The position numbers and the translations under genes are program-made. A model generated the notes under the pieces. The model had not been told where the DNA came from. It did not search any database and saw nothing but the letters and a program-made list of their open reading frames with translations. DNA of 37,520 bases from Deferribacterales bacterium (GTDB lineage: Bacteria > Chrysiogenota > Deferribacteres > Deferribacterales > Geovibrionaceae). The stretch lies in assembly GCA_050253335.1 (NCBI GenBank), contig JBFWJG010000022.1:1-37520 (forward strand), given 5' to 3'. Each line of letters starts with the position of its first letter. Positions within the stretch are counted from its first letter, which is position 1. Of the stretch, positions 8,542-18,413 are shown piece by piece.

Positions 8542-9966
8542 ATGGGTTTCAAGAAGCTGTTCATTGACGGCAAATGGACTGACACAGGATCATACCTTGA
8601 GGTAAAGAGCCCTTACGATGGCTCCGCGGCCGGTACAGTATGCACCGCAGACAGAGCGCTTACGGAAAAAGCCATTCAGGCCGCTTCCAAAGCGCGCAGG
8701 GTCATGGCCTCTCTCACGGCAAAACAGAAAGGGGACATACTGGACAAAACAGGCTCCCTCATCGCAGAATATTCAGAAGACTTCGCAAAAATCATCACCG
8801 CGGAAGCGGGCAAAGGCATAGTATTCTCCAGAGGCGAGGCGGGCAGAACCGCCGAAAATTTCAGATTCGCCGCAGACGAGGCCAGACGCCTCGGCGGGGA
8901 GCTTATCCCGTATGACGCATCAGCCTCAGGCGCAAACCGCTTCGGCTATTACAAACGCTTCCCCATCGGCGTGGTGGGAGCCATAACCCCTTTCAACTTC
9001 CCCTTAAACCTTGTCGCGCACAAAGTCGGCCCCGCGATAGCCGCAGGCTGTCCGATAGTGCTTAAACCTGCCTCGTCAACCCCGCTCACCGCCGTGCGCC
9101 TTGTGGAGGTTCTCCTTGAGGCGGGGCTTCCCGAATGCGGAATAAACCTTGTGGTCGGTTCAGGCTCCGTTGTCGGCAACACCATGGTGGAATCGGAGCT
9201 CATAAACATGCTCACCTTCACCGGCTCACCCTCTGTGGGGCTCAGCATAAAAGCGAAGGCGGGAATCAAGAAAGTCACCCTTGAGCTGGGCTCAAACTCC
9301 GCCGCTGTCATCCATGAGGACGCAGACATCGCATACGCTGTCCCCAAATGCGTTATCGGCGGGTTCGCCAACTCCGGTCAGGTGTGCATAAGCATACAGA
9401 GGATATACATCCACGAAAGCAGATATGACGAATTCCGCGATATGTTCGTGAAAAGCGTGCAGGCGAGCGGGTTCGGAGATCCGGCGGATGAGAAGGTGCT
9501 GGTCGGCCCCATGATTGAGGAATCAGAAGCGGCCAGAGTCGAAGGCTGGATAAAAGACGCTGCGGTCAAGGGAGCAAAAATACTCACAGGCGGCGGGCGA
9601 ATAGGCACAATGCTTGAGCCCACCGTGCTTGAAAACGTGGACGAGACAATGACAGTGGTCAGCGAGGAGGCGTTTGCGCCCCTTGTATGCCTCATGAAAT
9701 ACAAAACTCTGGAGGAGGCTGTGGAGCGGGTGAACAACTCCCAGTTCGGCCTGCAGGCGGGCATATTCACCAAGGATATAAAAAACGCCTTCTACGCCAT
9801 TGAGCATATGGAAGTGGGCGGAGTGATGGTGAACGACATGCCCACTTTCAGAGTGGATCAGATGCCCTACGGCGGCGTGAAGCTCAGCGGAACAGGCAGG
9901 GAAGGCCCCAGATTCGCCGTGGAAGAAATGACTGAACTAAAGACCGTGATGTTTAATCTTAATTAA
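8542..9966 (+). CDS. NAD(P)-dependent aldehyde dehydrogenase
   Basis: ITPFNFP, LKPAS, FTGS, catalytic ELG and GQVC, EAFAP and PYGGVKLSG motifs; AGGAGG RBS. Confidence 0.95.
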   Translation: MGFKKLFIDGKWTDTGSYLEVKSPYDGSAAGTVCTADRALTEKAIQAASKARRVMASLTAKQKGDILDKTGSLIAEYSEDFAKIITAEAGKGIVFSRGEAGRTAENFRFAADEARRLGGELIPYDASASGANRFGYYKRFPIGVVGAITPFNFPLNLVAHKVGPAIAAGCPIVLKPASSTPLTAVRLVEVLLEAGLPECGINLVVGSGSVVGNTMVESELINMLTFTGSPSVGLSIKAKAGIKKVTLELGSNSAAVIHEDADIAYAVPKCVIGGFANSGQVCISIQRIYIHESRYDEFRDMFVKSVQASGFGDPADEKVLVGPMIEESEAARVEGWIKDAAVKGAKILTGGGRIGTMLEPTVLENVDETMTVVSEEAFAPLVCLMKYKTLEEAVERVNNSQFGLQAGIFTKDIKNAFYAIEHMEVGGVMVNDMPTFRVDQMPYGGVKLSGTGREGPRFAVEEMTELKTVMFNLN

Positions 9967-12051
9967 ATGCTTATGAAGAAATTACTCATACTCTTCGCCG
10001 CATTCCTTGCACTGACGGGAGCGGCGGACGCGAAACTGAAACTTGACGAAACTGTCAAATCGTTCTTCCCCAAGCCCGCCAAGCTCACGGGCGGGGAGGA
10101 GCGCTGGCTGGGAACGGGAATCACGGAAGCCAAAACCGCAAACGGCTTTGTCTACTCCACGTCCTACTCCTACTACTCGCCCGATGTTCAGCAGATAATG
10201 AACATCAGGCGGAAAAAGACATTCGATGTAAAAGCCTCGATCCATGCCTACAACAACTATGTCACCGCCTTTGACAAATATGAGGAACTGGCGAAGAAAG
10301 CCCCCAAGGGCAAGGTGCAGGAGATAGGTTTCGGAGACAAGGGCGTGTTTTACTATGTCCCGAAATCAGCCTACATAAACGATGCGGACTTCACTATCGT
10401 ATTCCTCAACAAAATCTTCGTTGCGGAGATTCACGCGGATGACGGGTTCGCCCTTATGGATGCGGCGGCAAACATAAACGCAAACATTCAGCGCTTCATC
10501 CTCTCCAACATTGAGTTTTTCCTTGTGAGAAACATCAGCCTCTCCGTCACTGCCAAGGGGTTTGAGCGCACCTCGGACATTCTCGGCTTCACAGAGGAGG
10601 AGCCAAAGGAAGTCACGGTAACAGGCAGGGTGTTCAGCGAGGATTCCAAACCGCTGGCGAATGCCGAAGTTGCTGTCCTTGAAACAGGAAAATCAGTAAA
10701 AACCGCCGCTGACGGCAGCTACAAATACTCCGTCAAAATGGGCGGGAAAAAGAACGTAAACATCGCAAAAAACTTTTACCTCAAAGAGATAAAGCAGGAA
10801 AAAGCCGACGCTCCTTCCATTGAGGACGGGGTTTTCTCCGTGAATATATTCAAAAGTGACGGAACTCAGGAAACAGGTTCTGTGTGGAAGCTCGCCTTCT
10901 ACGGAAACACTGTGCACGGCAAGGCGCTTATGGGTGAAGAGGGCAGACAGCGCCTGTACCCGCTCAAGGGCTCCTTTGAGAAAGGGAAACTCTCCCTCAC
11001 GCTGGACTGCCGCGCGGGCGGCTCGTCCTTCAAATGCGTGAGGAATTTCGAAGGCACGCTTACGCCTGATGCCGTAAACGGCACATGGACGGGCACGGGC
11101 GGCGGCGGAGCGTGGAAGCTGGCCCTTAACTCATACTCCGAAATAACAGACTACATCTACCTCACGGAGGAGAACTCCGAGTTTTCCCGCTTTGTAAAGC
11201 AGGGGGGCAAAACCCGCACGGAAAAAGGCGCGCTGACTATTTCCGCCAATGATGAAAAAATCACAGGAATCCACTTCTCCCTCAAAAAGGACAGGCCGGA
11301 ATTCAACGAAGTATTCATAAAAAGCGCAAAACTTGTGCTGACCCATGTGCCCCAGCAGCAGACAGGCTCAATGCGCCTTTTCAGGTACATAACCGAGACA
11401 GAGGACGGCGTGATAGCCCCTGCGGGTGCAACCATGACCTACTCAGGGGACGCGGTGATGCGGATGGAGCCCTACGAGATAGAGGCCGATGTGACGGATT
11501 ATCTGTTTTCCGGAGCCAGAAGCGGAGTACTCATAGCCCCCGTTCTTCAGGGGAACGCATCCGGAAGCCACACCTTCGCGGGGCATAATGTAAAGCCCGC
11601 CGCTTATGCGCCTAAGCTGAAAACCATACGCTATGTTCCATCGGACGAGGCGGATAAAATAGCCCCCGTGACTGTAAAAATCAAAAACCTCAAAGGAAAG
11701 GACATGACGGGCGATAAAAACGTCGTGAAAGGGGACGGCGAGCCGGACACGGTTTTCGAGGCGGTGTTCCGTCTGCCCGGCAAAACCATAACCTCCATGG
11801 AGATTTACGGCGAGGGCACAGTAACCAGAAAGCGCAATACCGACCCCCTTGACATTTACCCTGTCATAGGATTTATTAAAAACGGCATACCGATGAACGA
11901 TGCCAGAGGCGGAGTCAAACTTCTTCTGGAAGGTACGTCCGAGAAGTTTGATCTCCACATAGCCCCCATAAAAGAGGTTGACGCGGAGAAGCTGAGATAC
12001 CGCTTAGTGATAAGCGGCGAAGTCTTTGAAGGCACAGTCGAAAAACAGTAA
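9967..12051 (+). CDS. Large secreted multidomain protein of unknown function (carboxypeptidase-regulatory-like module, beta-rich domains)
   Basis: Signal peptide MKKLLILFAAFLALTGAADA; VTGRVFSEDSKPLANAEV...KTAADGSY module; 694-aa ORF abutting the ALDH stop codon. Confidence 0.8.
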   Translation: MLMKKLLILFAAFLALTGAADAKLKLDETVKSFFPKPAKLTGGEERWLGTGITEAKTANGFVYSTSYSYYSPDVQQIMNIRRKKTFDVKASIHAYNNYVTAFDKYEELAKKAPKGKVQEIGFGDKGVFYYVPKSAYINDADFTIVFLNKIFVAEIHADDGFALMDAAANINANIQRFILSNIEFFLVRNISLSVTAKGFERTSDILGFTEEEPKEVTVTGRVFSEDSKPLANAEVAVLETGKSVKTAADGSYKYSVKMGGKKNVNIAKNFYLKEIKQEKADAPSIEDGVFSVNIFKSDGTQETGSVWKLAFYGNTVHGKALMGEEGRQRLYPLKGSFEKGKLSLTLDCRAGGSSFKCVRNFEGTLTPDAVNGTWTGTGGGGAWKLALNSYSEITDYIYLTEENSEFSRFVKQGGKTRTEKGALTISANDEKITGIHFSLKKDRPEFNEVFIKSAKLVLTHVPQQQTGSMRLFRYITETEDGVIAPAGATMTYSGDAVMRMEPYEIEADVTDYLFSGARSGVLIAPVLQGNASGSHTFAGHNVKPAAYAPKLKTIRYVPSDEADKIAPVTVKIKNLKGKDMTGDKNVVKGDGEPDTVFEAVFRLPGKTITSMEIYGEGTVTRKRNTDPLDIYPVIGFIKNGIPMNDARGGVKLLLEGTSEKFDLHIAPIKEVDAEKLRYRLVISGEVFEGTVEKQ

Positions 12052-12072
12052 ATACAGGCAAAGAAGATACGG

Positions 12073-12876
12073 ATGAAGGAATTATACGCAAAACTCAGAA
12101 CGGAACCGTTCATAATAACAGGCCCCTGCGTTATCGAAAGCAGGGAGATGATAATGAAGCTCTGCGAAAAGCTCAAAGAGATAACGGAAAGGCAGGGGTA
12201 TGTTTTCATATTCAAGGCCTCTTTTGACAAGGCCAACCGAACGTCCATAACCTCTTTCAGAGGCCCCGGACTTGAGGAAGGGCTGGACATCCTCGCCGAG
12301 GCGAAGGCACGCTTCAATGTTCCCGTAACCACGGACATACACGAACCCTCACAGGCGGAAGCCGTGGGCAAGGTGGTTGACATAGTGCAGATCCCCGCCT
12401 TTCTCTGCCGCCAGACAGACCTGCTGACCGCGGCGGCGAAAACCGGGAAAATAGTGAATATCAAAAAAGCGCAGTTCCTCTCCGGCTATGACATGGAGCA
12501 TCCGGTGCAGAAGGTTGAGGAATCGGGCAATAATAAAATAATGCTCACCGAAAGGGGGAGCATGTTCGGCTACAACAACCTTGTTGTGGACTACAGAAAC
12601 CTCATAGATATGAGCACATTCGGCTATCCGGTGATCATGGACGCCACCCACTCTGTGCAGAGACCCGGCGGTCTGGCGGGCAAAAGCGGCGGAGACGGCA
12701 GACTGGCGCCCAGCATGGCCTACGCCGCTGCGGCCGTGGGAGTGAAGGGCTTTTTCTTCGAGGTGCATGAAAACCCCGCCGAAGCCAAGTCGGACGGTCC
12801 GAACATGATTCCGCTGAACGAATTTGAAAATGTGCTGAAAAAGCTGAAGAGAGTCATGGAAGCGGTTAAAGGATAA
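12073..12876 (+). CDS. kdsA: KDO 8-phosphate synthase
   Basis: GPCVIES, KASFDKANRTS, QIPAFLCRQTD, KKAQF, DATHSVQ and SDGPN motifs. Confidence 0.96.
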   Translation: MKELYAKLRTEPFIITGPCVIESREMIMKLCEKLKEITERQGYVFIFKASFDKANRTSITSFRGPGLEEGLDILAEAKARFNVPVTTDIHEPSQAEAVGKVVDIVQIPAFLCRQTDLLTAAAKTGKIVNIKKAQFLSGYDMEHPVQKVEESGNNKIMLTERGSMFGYNNLVVDYRNLIDMSTFGYPVIMDATHSVQRPGGLAGKSGGDGRLAPSMAYAAAAVGVKGFFFEVHENPAEAKSDGPNMIPLNEFENVLKKLKRVMEAVKG

Positions 12877-12893
12877 CAAACCGCACCCGTATG

Positions 12894-12920
12894 CGAAGCA
12901 GTCTTGAACAGACTGCTTCG
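12894..12920. terminator. Hairpin between convergent kdsA and the pilin gene
   Basis: Perfect 10-bp stem CGAAGCAGTC-ttgaaca-GACTGCTTCG; no strong U-tract. Confidence 0.5.
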
Positions 12921-12927
12921 GCGCACT

Positions 12928-13545
12928 TTATCTGTCGTAGTAATAAAGCACAGTGCCCACTGTGCCTTCTGTCAGGCTGCTGCCGCACATCCCTTCCGCT
13001 GTCCATGCGGAACTGCCCAGAACACCGGCCTTTATTTTCCCTTTGGTTCCGTCCATTGTTTTATCTATCGAAGTATCAAGGCTCACGGCCGCATAGCAGG
13101 GGACATCCCTGAGCACTATCACGTTTTTGCCGTCCGCATCCTGAGCGAAATAAGCAAAGCCGAACCCGCCCTTCATAGAGGCAAGAGCCGAATTGCTTTC
13201 GTCCGAAAGCATTCCGACCGCTTTAAGCTCGCTGTAAGAGGTGTCCGGATCGTCCTGCGCTGTGCCTTCCGCGCATAATCCCGAAGGGGTTCCGTCAAAG
13301 TCGCTGAGGCTGAGAGCAAGCCCCTTTTCATCCACAAGCCCGTCACGGTCGCAGTCTCCGGCGAATCTGCCGAAGCGGTCGTAAAATGTGTACTGTATAT
13401 TTTCAAGGTTTTTCACATCAACAATGAAGCTCTTGGTCTTCGCCCCCTGAACAAGCTCTCTCCCCTTCACCACCATTCCGAGGATTATTCCGATAATAAC
13501 CAGAACAACCGCCATCTCCACCAGAGTAAAACCTTTTCTGTTCAT
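12928..13545 (-). CDS. Type IV pilin/pseudopilin with class III signal peptide
   Basis: MNRKG|FTLVEMAVVLVIIGIILG with Glu at +5; four Cys in the globular domain; start placed at ATG 13545. Confidence 0.9.
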   Translation of the reverse strand: MNRKGFTLVEMAVVLVIIGIILGMVVKGRELVQGAKTKSFIVDVKNLENIQYTFYDRFGRFAGDCDRDGLVDEKGLALSLSDFDGTPSGLCAEGTAQDDPDTSYSELKAVGMLSDESNSALASMKGGFGFAYFAQDADGKNVIVLRDVPCYAAVSLDTSIDKTMDGTKGKIKAGVLGSSAWTAEGMCGSSLTEGTVGTVLYYYDR

Positions 13546-13573
13546 AAAAATACCCGCATTTTTTCTTAAACCC

Positions 13574-13602
13574 ATCATATCAGCATTAAAGCGGCTAAAC
13601 AA
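13574..13602 (-). promoter_or_regulatory. Putative sigma70 promoter of the pilin gene
   Basis: Minus strand TTGTTT-17 nt-TATGAT with a TGn extension. Confidence 0.3.
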
Positions 13603-13662
13603 TAAAATCATCTTTCATCTTTTCCTGTTTGTTTTCCTCACTGTGTTGTTGTATTTTTATTT

Positions 13663-15006
13663 ATGAAATTTTTAGCCGCAGAATTTGAAGGAAACAGAAC
13701 GGACACAGCAACCCGCGCCGCCCTTTTTGAAAAGCGGAAAGGGCTCTTCACCCTTTCGGGAATGTTCTCCGCTAAGGCGGATGACCTGCTTTCCCTGAAA
13801 GGGAGCGAACCGCTGTTCATCTCCTGCGGCTGCCCTGATTTCTCCGCCGAAACAGTGTACACTCCTCCCGCCCTGAAAGGCTCATCCCTCAGGCTTTTTC
13901 TTAAATCAAAGGCCATGAAATCCGGCGAAAGAAGCACCGCTGTCTTCGGGAAATGCTCAAACACGGCAGACTCAGGCGAAAAAGCATGTCAGGTATACAT
14001 AATGCCTGACAGAACATACGAGCAGGAGAGCGGGCTGGACTATGAACAGCGCTCCGCCGCGGATATATTCACCCTCTCCCCAGCAGCCCTCAGCGGAATA
14101 AGCGCTGTCCTGTACCCTGACAGAACCGTTGTTCACGCGTATGCGGACGAAAACAAAGCAATAATCACCGCCTCCGCCGGAGAAAACATATTATACGCCA
14201 GAACCGCCCCGCGTCAGGACGGAACAGCGCTTGCAGACGAGCTTGACCTTACTCTGGCCTACATCACAAGAAACAGAGGCATCAGCCCCGGGCTTATCCT
14301 CCTCTCCGGCCTTTTCGCGACAGACGGACACACGGCGGACGAAGTGCGTGAGGCGCAGCCGGTGCAGGCAATCTGCGCCGCTCCCGACGGACTTCTCGGC
14401 GAATGCACGTTTGATGCGTTTCATAAAATAATAATCCCCTTCGGTGCTGTGCTGAACGGGGCAAAGTTTGACTTCACACCCGAAAAATACAGAAAGAAGA
14501 AAGCCTTCGCAAAGACAATGCTGGTTCTCAACTCGCTCCTTCTGGTGCTTCTTGTTGCCTTCACCGCGCTGAATCTCCATATGTTCTCATCCTATAAAAC
14601 AAAAACGGAAAAACTGACAGAAGCCGCATCCGCCCTGCGTGCGGACAGGGAAAAAACAGCGGAGCTTCTCGCCTCCTCCCCCTCTTCCGGATATCTGCTG
14701 ACCTACCTTGAGCTTCTTGCTGACAGAAACAAAAACCCCATAAGACACTTGCAGGCTGTGGAGCCGCTTATAATGCACATAGGATTTGACAGGGTGATAA
14801 TCAGCAGGACAGCCCCCGTTGCTGTCGCCGCCTCAAAGGAGTTCGGCACGCTCAATTCCCTCACGGAGTTTGAGGAAGAGATAAAGGCGGAGATAAACCG
14901 CCTGCAGTCCATGAAATACAGCGTTAAAGACGAAAGCAGATTCAGCTATGACGACCTCACAGCCCATGTGAAACTCAGCATAACCGCTCAGGGAGCGCCG
15001 GAATGA
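13663..15006 (+). CDS. PilM/PilN- or GspL-like alignment protein (cytoplasmic domain, one TM helix, coiled coil)
   Basis: Basic stretch followed by a TM helix (KYRKKKAFAKTMLVLNSLLLVLLVAFTAL); first gene of the secretin operon. The family is inferred from topology and position. Confidence 0.6.
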   Translation: MKFLAAEFEGNRTDTATRAALFEKRKGLFTLSGMFSAKADDLLSLKGSEPLFISCGCPDFSAETVYTPPALKGSSLRLFLKSKAMKSGERSTAVFGKCSNTADSGEKACQVYIMPDRTYEQESGLDYEQRSAADIFTLSPAALSGISAVLYPDRTVVHAYADENKAIITASAGENILYARTAPRQDGTALADELDLTLAYITRNRGISPGLILLSGLFATDGHTADEVREAQPVQAICAAPDGLLGECTFDAFHKIIIPFGAVLNGAKFDFTPEKYRKKKAFAKTMLVLNSLLLVLLVAFTALNLHMFSSYKTKTEKLTEAASALRADREKTAELLASSPSSGYLLTYLELLADRNKNPIRHLQAVEPLIMHIGFDRVIISRTAPVAVAASKEFGTLNSLTEFEEEIKAEINRLQSMKYSVKDESRFSYDDLTAHVKLSITAQGAPE

Positions 15007-15512
15007 AAATACTCGGCAGTTACAGGCTCTTTCTTCTGCTACTTGCCTCATGCGCCGTCACGGCGGGCATAGGGCTGACCGTGCTGAATCTCAATAAGTC
15101 TGCGGACAGGGCTCTGGCGGATATCAGTGCGCGCGCCTCGGTGCTCAGCGCGGAGAAGGCGGGGGCAAAAATTGACGCGCTGCACAAAGCGGCGGAAAAT
15201 GCGGATATATTCATTTTCTCCGAGAGCGACGCCCGCAGATGGTTTCTGGACGCGCTGGACAGCTTTCTCAAAAAATACGACGCAAAAGTTGTCTCCCCCA
15301 TGCAGAAGGCAGACAGCTCATTCCGAAGCAGGGTCTCATTCCGCTTCACGCCGAAAACACCGGCCGAACTGGCCATACTGCTGGAATACATGGAAAACTC
15401 GACCGCCCCAGTTTTCATAATAGAGAGCACCGCCTTCGTCAGTACAGACAGGGAAAAATACATAAACATCACTGCTGATATAATCCAGCCCTTTTACGGA
15501 GAAGGCAAATGA
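15003..15512 (+). CDS. PilO/GspM/MshJ-like membrane protein
   Basis: N-terminal TM helix, coiled coil and ferredoxin-like C-terminal pattern; ATGA overlap with the upstream gene. Confidence 0.55.
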   Translation: MKILGSYRLFLLLLASCAVTAGIGLTVLNLNKSADRALADISARASVLSAEKAGAKIDALHKAAENADIFIFSESDARRWFLDALDSFLKKYDAKVVSPMQKADSSFRSRVSFRFTPKTPAELAILLEYMENSTAPVFIIESTAFVSTDREKYINITADIIQPFYGEGK

Positions 15513-16039
15513 GAGCGGGCATTAAGGAAATCCTGATGATCGTGCTCCCCTTTGTGATAGCCTTCGGCGCCGTGTACGGCGTTTCCCTCGGCGGGGAATA
15601 CCTGACAATGCCTGCAAAAAAGCGGATAGAGCGTCTGCCCTCTTCCGCAGACAGCGCCCTGACAGCATACAGCGAACAGGCCTTCCGCCTCAGCGGCGCC
15701 GTTCTGCCCGCAGGAACAGAACACTTCACACTGCGCCCTCCGGATGACGGCGGGCTGATAGCCCAGTTCGACAACTCAGACATATACGAAAAACTCGCGG
15801 CGGCGGAAGCTTCCAGTCCGGAGGAAGCGGCGGCGGTGAGGGAAGAGCCAGAAGGCCCGCCGAAATACAGAATAAGCTCCATCCTCAAAGGGGAAGACAG
15901 GACATTCGCCGTAATTAACGGTAAAATATACCACAGGGGAGATAAAATCTCCGGAGATGAACAGATAGCCCGTATTGAAACACGCCGGATTCTTCTTAAA
16001 GGCAAATGGGGGGACAGATGGATTGCCGTAAATTTCTGA
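15509..16039 (+). CDS. MshK/GspC-like membrane-anchored protein
   Basis: N-terminal TM helix; C-terminal ISSILKG...AVINGKIYHRGDKI...IARIE beta domain immediately upstream of the secretin. Confidence 0.6.
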   Translation: MRAGIKEILMIVLPFVIAFGAVYGVSLGGEYLTMPAKKRIERLPSSADSALTAYSEQAFRLSGAVLPAGTEHFTLRPPDDGGLIAQFDNSDIYEKLAAAEASSPEEAAAVREEPEGPPKYRISSILKGEDRTFAVINGKIYHRGDKISGDEQIARIETRRILLKGKWGDRWIAVNF

Positions 16040-17535
16040 CAGTTTTGTTCACAGCGTTTTTTATCTTCGCCTGCTCCGCCAAAAAGCCGGAGCCGCCTGC
16101 GGCGCAGACAGAAGAACCTGCGAAGTCCGAACAGAAGGAAGTTAAGCTTCCCCCTCCGCCGCCCCCTGTTTTCGGAGGAGAGCTGAGAAAGCCCGATCCC
16201 CTCGAAGGGCGCCATGTCACTGTCAGCGCAGTTGAAGCGCCTCTCTCCTCAATTCTCTATATGGCGGCGGCGGAATCGGGCATGAACCTTGTGATAAGCC
16301 CCGAGATTGACATAAACAGACCTGTAACCCTGAACCTCAACCGCCTTCCAGCAAGGGAAGCCCTGAACATCATCACGGAAACAGCCGGAATATATTTCGA
16401 GACTGACGGCAACATACTCCGCATAAGACCGCTGGCGGCAAAAACATACAAGATCCCGTACATTCACACAGTAACCTCCTACTCGTCCAGACTGGGCGGG
16501 GATATAATCGGCGGCGCGGCGGAAAGCGCAGGCACAATGGCAGGCTCATACAACCTTGAGTTCACTAACCCCGGCGAAAGGAACGACCTCTTCAGGCAGG
16601 TCACCGAAGGGGTGCGGAGCATAATTTTCCCCGGCAGGAACACAGACTCCGGCAGTGAGACCAAAACAGCGGAGTTCTCCGCCTCCGGCGAAGGGTTCAG
16701 CCTCAATATGTTCACAGGCATACTCACTGTTCAGGCGGGCAGAGACAAGATTAAACTGATCGACAGATACATGGACTCCGTGCTGAAGGAAACATCCAAA
16801 CAGGTGCTCATTGAAGCCAAAATGGTGGAGGTAACGCTGAATGATACCAACTCCTACGGCATAAACTGGGACAACTTTTTCTTCAATGACCAGCTCCGCT
16901 ACAGGCAGAACTTCGCAACCTCCAGTGCGGCGGCGCTTGAGAACATCGGCCTGACCCCTGTCGCCGCAATCTCATACGCCTCAGGCGGAGCAAACGGCCT
17001 GCTTAATCTCCTCTCACAGCAGGGCAGGATCGAAACCCTCGGTAACCCGCGCATACGGGTGGTAAACGGCCAGAGCGCGATAATCTCCTCCGGCAGTCTT
17101 ATCCCCTACTGGGAAAAAAATGTTGAGGACGGAGAGGACCTCCGCCGTGTGGTTAGCTACAACAGGGTGACCATTCTGGACGGAATAATGCTCGGCGTAA
17201 CCCCCTACATACATGATGACGGAACAATAACCCTGAATATCATCCCCGTCTCCACCATGGCCGAAAAGGACAAGGTGCAGCTCGGCGAGGAGGGGGAGAT
17301 TGTGGCAAGCTTCCCTGTTCTGAACCTCAAGGAGGCGGGAACCGTGCTCAATGTCCGCAACGGCGAAACGGTTGTTCTGGGGGGAATGATAGATAACTAT
17401 GAGGAAAACACGGAACAGAAGGTTCCTTTTCTGGGGGATGTGCCCCTTGTGGGCAACCTGTTTAAGTCGGTAAATAAGCGCAAGGTCAAGAAAGAGCTTG
17501 TGATCTTCATAAAAACATCGGTGATCAGCATTTGA
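16018..17535 (+). CDS. Secretin (MshL/GspD/PilQ family), lipoprotein-type
   Basis: Lipobox-like IFAC; QVLIEAKMVEV, GINW, NPRIRVVNGQSA, GETVVLGG, KVPFLGDVPLVGNLF and ELVIFI secretin motifs. Confidence 0.92.
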   Translation: MDCRKFLTVLFTAFFIFACSAKKPEPPAAQTEEPAKSEQKEVKLPPPPPPVFGGELRKPDPLEGRHVTVSAVEAPLSSILYMAAAESGMNLVISPEIDINRPVTLNLNRLPAREALNIITETAGIYFETDGNILRIRPLAAKTYKIPYIHTVTSYSSRLGGDIIGGAAESAGTMAGSYNLEFTNPGERNDLFRQVTEGVRSIIFPGRNTDSGSETKTAEFSASGEGFSLNMFTGILTVQAGRDKIKLIDRYMDSVLKETSKQVLIEAKMVEVTLNDTNSYGINWDNFFFNDQLRYRQNFATSSAAALENIGLTPVAAISYASGGANGLLNLLSQQGRIETLGNPRIRVVNGQSAIISSGSLIPYWEKNVEDGEDLRRVVSYNRVTILDGIMLGVTPYIHDDGTITLNIIPVSTMAEKDKVQLGEEGEIVASFPVLNLKEAGTVLNVRNGETVVLGGMIDNYEENTEQKVPFLGDVPLVGNLFKSVNKRKVKKELVIFIKTSVISI

Positions 17536-18413
17536 AAAAACTCATGGCAGTCTCACTCACCGCTTTGTGCGCTGGTTTTCTCGCCGGCAGGCATTTTCCG
17601 CCTGAACAGGTTAATACAGAAACGCCCGAACTCAGGCGGACGGCGGAGTTTTCATTCGCGGAATCCGCAGTGAAAGTGAACACAGTGCCTGAGAAAGCGG
17701 AAATCCTGCCCGATGATTTATACATAAGGCTGAAAAACGAGGCTGAAAAAACCGCTGAGATAAAAGCCGCCGCTCCCGCTTCAAAGCCTGCCCAGCAGAA
17801 TGCGCCGGAGCCGCCGTTCATTGAGGACAGCGCGTCAAAGGCTCACAGGGAAGCCTCTTCCGGCATAAAAGCACTTGAATCGGGAAACTGCGCCGGAGCA
17901 TCCGTTCATCTGGAAAAGGCTTATTCACTGAAGAAAGATAAAAACATCCTCTCCCATTATCTGCTCTCCCTTCTTCTCTGCGGGGAAGCTGAAAATGCGG
18001 CGGAAAAAGCGAAGGCGGAAGCACAGTACACAGACAGCGGAGCCTTGGCGGATGTGATTGAAAACGCTGTGAAACGGGGCAGAGCGAAAGAAGCCGCGGC
18101 ATTCTTCAAATCACTGGGGATAACGGACAGCGGAAAGCTCCTCAACTCCGCAGGGCTGGCGTATGAGGCGGCAGGAGAAAAAGAGCGGGCCGCTGAAATG
18201 TATAAAAAAGCCTACCTGCTTTCGCCGGAAAATCCTTTCATATCCTTTTCCCGCGCAAGGGCGGCGGACATGGAGGGGGCTTACGCGGAGGCTGTTATTT
18301 TTTATGAAAAAACAGCCGCATCGGCAGTCAGCGCGGAGCTGAAGCACCGCTCCGTTTCACGCAGCGCCGAAATCAGGGAGCATCTGGCGGCGCAGAGCCC
18401 TCAAACTCCTTAA
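17532..18413 (+). CDS. TPR-repeat protein (MshN-like)
   Basis: N-terminal hydrophobic anchor; TPR-like helices (LNSAGLAYEAAGEKERAAEMYKKAYLLSPEN). Confidence 0.7.
   Translation: MKKLMAVSLTALCAGFLAGRHFPPEQVNTETPELRRTAEFSFAESAVKVNTVPEKAEILPDDLYIRLKNEAEKTAEIKAAAPASKPAQQNAPEPPFIEDSASKAHREASSGIKALESGNCAGASVHLEKAYSLKKDKNILSHYLLSLLLCGEAENAAEKAKAEAQYTDSGALADVIENAVKRGRAKEAAAFFKSLGITDSGKLLNSAGLAYEAAGEKERAAEMYKKAYLLSPENPFISFSRARAADMEGAYAEAVIFYEKTAASAVSAELKHRSVSRSAEIREHLAAQSPQTP

Noticed and set aside
12928..13545. Geobacter-type short conductive e-pilin
   Set aside because: The mature protein is about 200 aa with a disulfide-containing globular domain, not the truncated ~60-aa type.
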